A stretch of 64,000 nucleotides of DNA from a virus. The notes under the pieces are model-generated. The model was not told where the DNA came from, made no database searches, and was given only the letters and a program-made list of their open reading frames with translations. The stretch lies in IMG/VR virus record IMGVR_UViG_3300045988_066710; one strand, given 5' to 3'. Position numbers and translations under genes: made by a program. Shown here piece after piece: positions 33,756-42,323 of the stretch. How positions within the stretch are numbered: the stretch's first letter is position 1; the number at the start of each line of letters is the position of its first letter.

Positions 33756-34222
33756 AAAGAATAATTCTTACAAGAGGTATTCCTGCCAGTGGTAAGAGTA
33801 CTTGGGCTAAACAAGAGGTTCTTAAAGACCCAGAACATTCTATTAGAATTAATAGAGATGATTTAAGAAATATGAGTGGTCAATACTGGGTTCCTGCAAG
33901 AGAAGATTATATTAAAGCTTGTACAGGTACTATGTTGATGAATGCTATAAACTTTAAGTTTGATACTATCATTATAGATGAAATGAATCTTAATCCTAAA
34001 GAAACTGGATATTTAAAAGAAGTAGTTTCAATGATGAATGATACTTTCAAAGATAATAATGATAAGTATATAATTGAAATTAAAGATTTTACAAATATAC
34101 CTTTAGATGTATGTCTTGAAAGAGATAGTAAAAGAGAAAATCCTATAGGAGAAAATGTAATTAGGGGTATTTTTAATAAATATAAAGAATTATATAATTT
34201 AAAAGAAACCAGTGATGAGTAA
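33752..34222 (+). CDS. T4 Pnk-like polynucleotide 5'-kinase domain protein (kinase domain only)
   Basis: 156-aa ORF. MKRIILTRGIPASGKSTWAK...IRINRDDLR ... RDSKRENPIGENVIRGIF parallels the T4 Pnk N-terminal kinase domain (P-loop, NRDDxR, RxSKR). No phosphatase domain is present. Confidence 0.7.
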   Translation: MKRIILTRGIPASGKSTWAKQEVLKDPEHSIRINRDDLRNMSGQYWVPAREDYIKACTGTMLMNAINFKFDTIIIDEMNLNPKETGYLKEVVSMMNDTFKDNNDKYIIEIKDFTNIPLDVCLERDSKRENPIGENVIRGIFNKYKELYNLKETSDE

Positions 34223-34529
34223 TACACCAACATTAATGCAGAGTGAAGAAAGAAGTCTTAATGAATTAAACTCTGAACCAAAGAAAATTAAAGTAGATGT
34301 TACTGTAAGTATTATTATGAGTAAAACTACTACTATTGAAATTAGTGAAGGGGATGAAAATGATGATAATAAATTGCTTACAGCATTTGATTCTCAGAAG
34401 TATTCTCCTGAACAGATTAGAGCTATTCTTGAAGAATATAAACATAGAAAGAGTATTAATAATTTCCAAACTAAACTTAATGATTTAAGTGGTTGGGTAG
34501 TTGATGATAAATGTATTAATTTAGAATAA
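34212..34529 (+). CDS. hypothetical protein
   Basis: 105-aa ORF in the operon context. Confidence 0.5.
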   Translation: MMSNTPTLMQSEERSLNELNSEPKKIKVDVTVSIIMSKTTTIEISEGDENDDNKLLTAFDSQKYSPEQIRAILEEYKHRKSINNFQTKLNDLSGWVVDDKCINLE

Positions 34530-34530
34530 T

Positions 34531-35400
34531 ATGAGGTTAATTAATCAAAGTTATGAAATCTGTAATCAGATAGATTTTAGTATGTCTGGTATCTATAAAC
34601 ATATAGAGAAATGTACTAGAGTAGCTTATAAGAGTGAAGATAAAATTACAGAAGATAGTGCAGCATCTTTCATAGATAAGCTTCTTAAGATGAAGCATCT
34701 TGCTCCTATGGAATTTGGTACTATTCACTTTAAAATTCCTACTACTTTACTTAAGACATTTGCTGAAGATTTAATCTTTTGTAATTTATATAATATAGAA
34801 TGGATTAAATGTAAAACAGTAGATAATTATGCCTACTTTACTACTAATTATAGACATTGGCTAGAGTTAGAAAAGAAAGTATCATATATTAGAGAGTACT
34901 TTAATTCAGAAGATAATGAATATTATCCTAAAAGATATACAGTAAAACTTATTACTAATAGAGCTGTAAGTCATGAAGTAGTAAGACATAGAACAATGTC
35001 TTTTATTCAGGAATCTCAGCGTTTTTGTGCCTATAATAAAGATAAGTTTAATAATGAAGTTACATTTATTAAACCTTGTTGGTTAGCTATAAAAGAAGGT
35101 ACTTATACTGAAAAGAATTATCATGATAATTTCTATACTAGTAAAAATGTTGAGTATGATTTTATGATACATCTTCTTACAGCAGAGGCTACCTATTTTA
35201 AGCTTCTTAAAGAAGGTTGGAAACCACAACAGGCTAGAGTAGTATTACCTAATAGTACTAAAACAGAATTATATATGTGTGGATTTAAAGAAGCTTGGGA
35301 ACATTTCTTTGAACTTAGAGATAACAAGATAGTTGACCCACAGATGTATGATTTAGCACATCCAATGCATCAAGATTTTATTAATAATAAATATTTATAA
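34531..35400 (+). CDS. thyX: flavin-dependent thymidylate synthase
   Basis: 289-aa ORF with the ThyX motif RHRTMSFIQESQRF (RHRxxSxxxxSxR). Confidence 0.85.
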   Translation: MRLINQSYEICNQIDFSMSGIYKHIEKCTRVAYKSEDKITEDSAASFIDKLLKMKHLAPMEFGTIHFKIPTTLLKTFAEDLIFCNLYNIEWIKCKTVDNYAYFTTNYRHWLELEKKVSYIREYFNSEDNEYYPKRYTVKLITNRAVSHEVVRHRTMSFIQESQRFCAYNKDKFNNEVTFIKPCWLAIKEGTYTEKNYHDNFYTSKNVEYDFMIHLLTAEATYFKLLKEGWKPQQARVVLPNSTKTELYMCGFKEAWEHFFELRDNKIVDPQMYDLAHPMHQDFINNKYL

Positions 35401-35402
35401 TT

Positions 35403-36035
35403 ATGTTTGAAAAAGGAATTATGATTGAAAAAGAAATTAAAAAAGGTGATATTCTTAGTGAAAGTTCTCATTATAGAGTAAAGAATATTCTTGGTAGTAG
35501 TGTTATTCTTGAACACTTTGAAAGTAAAAATGAAGTAGCTATTGATAAGGATTATCTTCATAATTTCTGTAATACTGCTGATGGGTATACTACAGAAATA
35601 AAAGTTACTAAAGAAGACAAGAAAGATGGTACTCCTGGAATTAGAAGTATATGGGAGAATATTCATAGTAGTAAGGTATTTACTGTATGTTTTAAGAAGC
35701 AAGATATAGCTAAAAGTGCTAAACAATTTAAAACAGAAGTAGATATTCTAGCTGAACAAATATGCCAAGAAATTGATAAGGTTAAAAATTCAAAGAAAGG
35801 TGTAGCAGATTGGGCTAAGAAAACTCTTTATACTCTTATGAATAATCCTATTCCTAAGATTGTTGAAGGAGAAGATAGAGTTCTTAGAGGATATAAAATT
35901 CAATTTGAATCTAGAGATGGTAAGTATCAGTGTATTGATATGGATATTGAAGATTCAGAAAACAATGTAAGATTAGTCAATATTAATACTATTAAATGGC
36001 TTATTATTGATAATACTAAATACATTGTTCAATAG
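35403..36035 (+). CDS. hypothetical protein (last gene of the replication/nucleotide block)
   Basis: 210-aa ORF followed by a strong terminator. The antisense ORF 35370-35726 is judged a shadow. Confidence 0.6.
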   Translation: MFEKGIMIEKEIKKGDILSESSHYRVKNILGSSVILEHFESKNEVAIDKDYLHNFCNTADGYTTEIKVTKEDKKDGTPGIRSIWENIHSSKVFTVCFKKQDIAKSAKQFKTEVDILAEQICQEIDKVKNSKKGVADWAKKTLYTLMNNPIPKIVEGEDRVLRGYKIQFESRDGKYQCIDMDIEDSENNVRLVNINTIKWLIIDNTKYIVQ

Positions 36036-36058
36036 TTTTAATTGTTAATAATGTTAAG

Positions 36059-36099
36059 AAGGTACTATAAGCGATTTGTTTATAGTACCTTTAATTTTT
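36059..36099 (+). terminator. rho-independent terminator
   Basis: aaggtactata (36059-36069) pairs perfectly with tatagtacctt (36081-36091), followed by TAATTTTT. Confidence 0.75.
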
Positions 36100-36109
36100 A
36101 CTAAAAAGT

Positions 36110-36140
36110 TTTGCAACTAACTATAAAAGTTGTATCTTTG
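36110..36140 (+). promoter_or_regulatory. Bacteroidota-type promoter of the RNAP operon
   Basis: TTTG at 36110-36113 and TATCTTTG at 36133-36140 are separated by a 19-nt spacer. The extended box TGTATCTTTGCAAA recurs (reverse strand) at 60326-60339. Confidence 0.6.
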
Positions 36141-36171
36141 CAAACAAATAATTTAATTAAATATAAAGAAT

Positions 36172-39100
36172 ATGGCAATACATTGTATGTTACTCACTGG
36201 AGATAATATTAGAATAGTACAGAATTTCTTAAGTGAGTTTAAAGACAAGTATGATTGTATGCAGACTTTTGATATGGTAAGGTCTATGATTAGTGCTTGG
36301 CAAAGTGCTAATTTTAAAGATGGTGAAGAACCTACAATGCCTACAAAAGATGAGATAGAGAAATTTATACAATCACAATTAAGTAAAGATAAACAAAGTT
36401 CTGTGGCTCCTGTAAGAGGAACTTATGAAGTATCTACTGCTGGAGATAAAAGATTTTCAGCTTTAAATGCTACTTTTGCTGAAGGGACTATCATTGATGG
36501 TGTAGATGTTAGTGGTAAAACCATTGAATATGTTTATCAAAACGTTATCAAAAAGAGTAGTAAAGGTAAAGCTCCTTCTCAAAAATCTAGATTAAATTTA
36601 AATCCTACAAATGTTTCTGAAATTAAAAGAGAAACTTTTAAACAAGAAGTTATTAATAAATATGGTAAACCTTTAAATTATTCTGTTGAAGAAGGTATTA
36701 TTACTTTAAATTTAGAAAAAGGAACTTTAGAATTAATACCTTTTGCAGGTTCAGTTAAAGATGATAAAGGAGCTTCAATGGGTAATAAAGATATTAATTA
36801 CTTTGTTGGAGGTTTAAAAATAGTAGAAGATTTAGCTGAAGGTTATGAGAATTATTCTTATTATGAAGGCTATTTACCTCTATGGCAAGAATGGGCTAAA
36901 CAAAATCCTGCTTTAATTAGCGAACTTAAAGCTAAGTCAGCAGGTAAAACTCTTACAGATAAATTTGCTAGAACAAAAGTAAGTCAAGCTAGAGCATTAA
37001 CTGATATTCTTAATAATTTTAATGAATCAGAATTTACTAGAAAGATAGATTCTATAGATAATCAAATTACAGATGATATGGATGAATCAGATATAGTAAA
37101 TCTGTTAGTTAAAAATGGTATTATAGAGAAAGGTTACTGGGGTATTCTTGGTAGAGAAATCATTATGGCTAATATAAATGGAATTAAAATTCCTTTTTAT
37201 AGAAGTAGTAATGGTACTAGTGGTAAGAAAGCGGGTAAATGGTATCAGTTCTTTGGCTTTGGTAATATGAATTCTTCTAGTAAAGATAATGATTGGTTTA
37301 TAAAGGGTAGTAGTAAGAATAATAATGAAATAGAAAATGGATATGGTTCTATAGATATTCAAAGGCTTACTGCTTTATTTAATAAATATCTTAACTGGAC
37401 AGGAAAGCATGATAAAAATGATATGCATAGCGTATATGATTTTACTAAAAAAGGTACAGAAGGTGGAAATCATGACTTTCTTGGTCCACAAAGAACAGAA
37501 GATATAAATACAATATTATATGGTACTAAAGATAAAGATTTAACTGGTATAAATGCCAGAAAAGCTTTAGAAGAGAGAGTTAATATGATTAAAGCTAATT
37601 CTAAAGCTTTATCTCCTGTACAGGAGAATGGAAAAATAACTCCAGTAATTACTACAGAAGCAACTCCTTATACTAAAGGATTACCTCAAAAGAATCCAAA
37701 TACTGCATATTTATTTACTGAAAATGCTCAAGCATATGTAACTTCCCTACAATTAGATGATTCTTGGATAGAAAGAGGTTATAATAAAGGTAATAGTGTA
37801 AAGACAGGAGTATCTGATGTAAGAGGTACAAATCAAGCAGGTATTAGAGCTTCTAGTTATAATACTTATGGAGCTACTAATATTAGTAGAAATGCTTTTG
37901 GTATTATAGTAAAAAAGTATCAGCAAAAACTTAGTCAATCTTCTTTTTTATCAAAAGAAGGACAATTTGAAGATATTGATTCTGATTTTGAATTATTTAA
38001 GCAATTAAACTTACATATGTTTAATAATCTAAATAATTTTAATGCAGAAAATATAGTATTACCAAATCAAATAGCATTAGGAAAGTCTGCTTTACCTCTT
38101 AGATTTACAGAATGGTTAAAAGAAGAATTAAGTAAAAGATTTAATGCTAATTTTATAATAGAAAAAAATACTAGAGCTGATTATGATGGTTATGGTATTA
38201 GAGTTATAAATACAAATATTAAAGTAGAAGAAGCTCCTATACAGGAAGATAATAAATCATATGCTGAGGATTTAGCTAGATGTGCTAGACAGATGTCTCC
38301 TATAGAAAGAAAACATAGAGTAGAAAGAATTACTAGAATGTTTTCATCTATAGTAAATAGTAAATTAAAGGATAAGTTAGCTGCTTATAATGATAAAATT
38401 CAAGCAGAAACTAATCCTAAAGTAAAGAATGATTTATTATTTGGTAGAAAGAAAATTACTAGATTCAGTGTTATTAAGTCTGAAGGTGTACAGAGTATTA
38501 TGCTGGAAGTAAGAAAAGCCTTTCAAGTATATGCTGAGGCTCCTTTAGAGGCAAAGATAGCTATAGAAAAGAAATCTATTAAAGATGCTTTAATTAATAG
38601 ACAAAAAAAGAAGGGTTATTCTATTGATGAAGAAGCTATTGATAGAAAAGCTACTATTATGGCTAAAGCAGTTGTTGAAAGAAAAGATGCAGCTTTTAAG
38701 AATGTACTTAATAACTTTCAAGTATTAGCAGAAGAAGCATTAGGAAACTTAGCATTAACTGAGGGTATTTCTGTTAACTTAAATAGTAACTTTGTACTTA
38801 ATACTCAAGAGAATAGTGATACTTTCAATGAGGATGGTAAACAAACTAATCAAGGAGATGTATTTGAGAAAGAAGAATCTTTGAAAGATGGATGGATGAC
38901 TGATGTTAGACAGGTAGCTACTTTTGATAGTCTTACTGCTAGAGTTAGACAAGCCATAGGTAATATGGTAAGATATGATTCTACAGGCAATGTTGATAGA
39001 GATGATTTAGGAGATAATATCTATCTTAATGCAGGTTATGTACATTCAGAATTAATACAGGCTCTTAGAAATATGATTAGTGCTGAAGATATGATTCCTA

Positions 39101-42075
39101 TGCTTGAACAACTTAGTAAAAAGAAGGTTTGGGTAAAGCAGATTATTAATGAATTAAATAATGATAATCAACTGTTTACTGAGTTTTATAGAGCATATAG
39201 AAAGGATTATGTCAATTACTTTATTCAGAAAGTAAGTACTAATAGTGATACCTCTACAAGTACTAAAGTAATGTCTATTAATGGTGCAGAAGGTACTTCA
39301 CATTATTTTGATGAATGGAGAGATAACTATGAATATGGTAATGTTCTTACTACAAATAGTATATATGATAAGAATGGAGACATTCAATTAAAGAATGCTA
39401 AAGTAGGTCTTGATTTAGTTAATGAATTACTTGATATATTTGAAGACAGAGAAACTATTGCTGAAAATCTTACTGATGAAAATATAGCAAGAATTAAGAA
39501 AGCTATGAATATGTTAGGTGCTAGTGTAGATTCAGAAACACTTGAAAATGCATTAAAGTTTAACTTAGATAATAAAGCTTTCAAGCCAGCAGTTAATGTC
39601 TTATTAAGTAATTTAAGAACTATTTATTATGACTTAAATAAAGGTAATGAGAAAGTTAAAGATGGTGAATATATAGACTTACTTAATATTCATGGTACTG
39701 CCTTTAATAATATTGCAGAGGTAATCAATAAAGTAGATGAAGATACTATTGAATCTAGTGTAAGACAAGGTGATAAAACTATGTATGCTCATATTAATCC
39801 TTCTTATGTAACAACTCTTATTAAGAAGTTACAGAGAGAAGATACTTATAAACAGGTACTTGATGATTATAGAGTATGTAATTGGTTTAATAAGAATGGT
39901 AAATGGAGAAATAGTATATTAGAAGAAATTGAAAATAATGCAGAAGTAAGAAGTAATTTAAAGCATGTAGTACTCCTTCAATATAATAGAAAGGAATATA
40001 ATGCTTGGACAGATTTAGATGCTACATTAGCCTTATATAATATGTATATGACTGGTGCAGCAGATAGAAGTGGAAGTGAAACTTATGGTTATTATCAAGT
40101 ACCTATGTTATCTGATGCACAATCTGCTGAGTTTATTAAATTCAAGAGATATAAGAAGGGATATGAAGAGAAGTTACTTGATAAGTTTAAAGACTTAGTA
40201 TATCAGGAGATTGATAGAATTAATCTTGTTAAAGAAAGAGCTACTACAGATAATCATATAGACCCTATTGCTAACTTTGATATGAATGGTAAAAAGATGG
40301 GAGGTGCAGAATTTAAGTTCTTCCCTGAATTAAATCAGAAAGGTCAAAGTGGCAAAACATTCCTTCAAGCTATAGATGAAGCTAAACAGATATCTATGGA
40401 TGAAGTTGATAACTTAATTAAAAATACTATTAAGTCTATAATGGATAGTAGATTTAAAGAGGCTATTCAACACTATAAGGATATTGGTCTTTATGATAGA
40501 ATTGGTACAGAGAAGAATGCTAGATTTAAGCATGTAAATGTTTATTCTGAGGAAGGAATGAATGATAGAATGAGAGAATGGTTCTGGAATAGTACTTATT
40601 TTACTTCTCAATTTATTGAACTTACAACTACTGATTTAGCTTATTATAAAAATCTTGAGGATTTCCAAAAGAGAAATAAGCAAGACCATGCACCAGCAGA
40701 AAGACTTAATACTCTTGCTACTTGGAATGGTAAACCAGTATTAGTAAACAATGATGGAAGTAGAAGAACTACTAGAAGAGTTATTTATCTTAAAGATAAT
40801 ATTCTTCCTGCTAATAGTATGGATAGTATTAATGAGATACTTGAAGCCAGAGTTAAAGATAAGAATGATGCCTTTACTGCTTATGATAAAGCTGCTATTA
40901 TGTCTATATTTAATAAAGTCAATGTAGCAGATGCACAAGCTTATAATACATTACCATCATTTAGGTCTACTCAAATTATGGCAGGTATGTGGTCTGATGC
41001 AGAAGAAACAGCCTACAATAATATTATGAATAATAAGTGGACTGCAAGTGATTTCTTAGTACTTTGGAATACAAGAAAACCATATCTTTATACTCAGAAG
41101 AATCAACCTGATGGTATGGGTGGAATTATGAAAGTTCCTACTCAACATAAGAATTCTGAGTTCCTTCTCCTTACAGGAGCAATGTTTGGTCAAATACTTC
41201 ATTCAAGTAAATTGCAAGCTCTTAATGACTTTATGGTAAAGAATAATATAGATTCTGCTATGTTTGAAAGTGCTGTAAAGGATGGCTTACAAGGTACAAT
41301 TAATCTTAATGATGCTACAAATTATGCTTCTACTATGACTGTCCTGGAAAATGTAACCAGGCTTAATGGTAAAGAAAATCCAAATGTAGTACATGAATTT
41401 GATTATAATGATTATGGTATTCAGACATCTACTCCTGAACATGGTATTGATAAAGTACAACTTGTAGGTACTCAGATTAGAAGATTAATTAGTTCTGATA
41501 TGAATCCTAATAGAGACCCTAACTTTAAATTAAAATATAAAGATAGGGAATTTACACAAGAAGAATGGATGAATTATTTTAATGCTATCAATACTGCTAA
41601 TATTCAAGAAGCTTTTAAGGAAGTATCTGATAAGTTTAATGATATTCATGAAGTTGAGAAAGAACTTATAAGAGAAGTAAGAAGTAATCCTAGATATGGA
41701 ACAGACTTAATTAGAGCATTAACTCTTGATGAGAATGGTAACTTTAATATTCCTCTTATAGACCCTTCACAGACTTTAAGGATACAAGCATTACTTAACA
41801 GTATATTAAAGAATAGGGTTACTAAGCAGAAGATTAATGGTGGAGCATTAATTCAAGCTTCTCCTTTTGGTCTTGATGAAAGTAAACAACCTCAAATTGT
41901 TTATAATGAAGATGGCTCTATTAAATATTTTGAAGCTTATCTTCCTTGTCCAACAGAAGAATTATATAATGCTTTATTAGACCCTAATACTCATGAACTT
42001 GATATTAATAAAAAGAATAGTAAAGGTAATTATATAGTACCAGAAAAGTATAGAGAAGTAATAGGTTATAGAGTT
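36172..42075 (+). CDS. giant virion-type RNA polymerase protein, exon 1
   Basis: 1968 codons. The ORF ends in a TGA that is the first triplet of a group I intron. The size, position and downstream DxDxD motif match the virion-packaged two-barrel RNAP proteins of crAss-like phages. Confidence 0.8.
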
Positions 42076-42323
42076 TGACTAAAAGTTGAGACTCGCTTTA
42101 GTAGAAATACTAATGAATAATAAATTGGGTGAATTGCTGGGAAATCCTATATGGATAATCAGCAGCCAAGCTAAACTTAGGTTAAAAGAGTTTAGAAGGT
42201 TCAGAGACTAGAAAGGTGAGCCTAACAATAATCCTTTCCACGAGTGCCCAACATCCTATATGGATGAAGATATAGTCCGTGCTTCATAGTAATATGAAGA
42301 ATTACAGTATAAACAACTGTAAG
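42076..42323 (+). ncRNA. group I self-splicing intron (ORF-less, phage IA-like architecture)
   Basis: The core elements are P aattgctgggaaa 42132-42144, Q aatcagcagcc 42157-42167, R gttcagagacta 42199-42210 and S aagatatagtcc 42267-42278. P1 has a U42075-G42090 wobble. P2 has a GAAA loop and P9 a GUAA loop. The terminal G is 42323, and the splice is in-frame. Confidence 0.85.

Noticed and set aside
42279-42323. The GTG-initiated N-terminus (MLHSNMKNYSINNCK) of the 970-aa ORF in the track.
   Set aside because: These nucleotides form intron helices P9 (42282-42299) and the following hairpin (42303-42321). Coding sequence most likely resumes at 42324 after splicing.
42076-42323. A homing endonuclease or other ORF inside the intron; alternatively an intein or stop-codon recoding as the explanation for the split gene.
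   Set aside because: The intron is only 248 nt and fully accounted for by ribozyme helices. There are no intein blocks. All other very large genes in the window (1311, 2240, 870 and more than 1190 aa) are uninterrupted under the standard code, so TGA or TAG reassignment is not needed.
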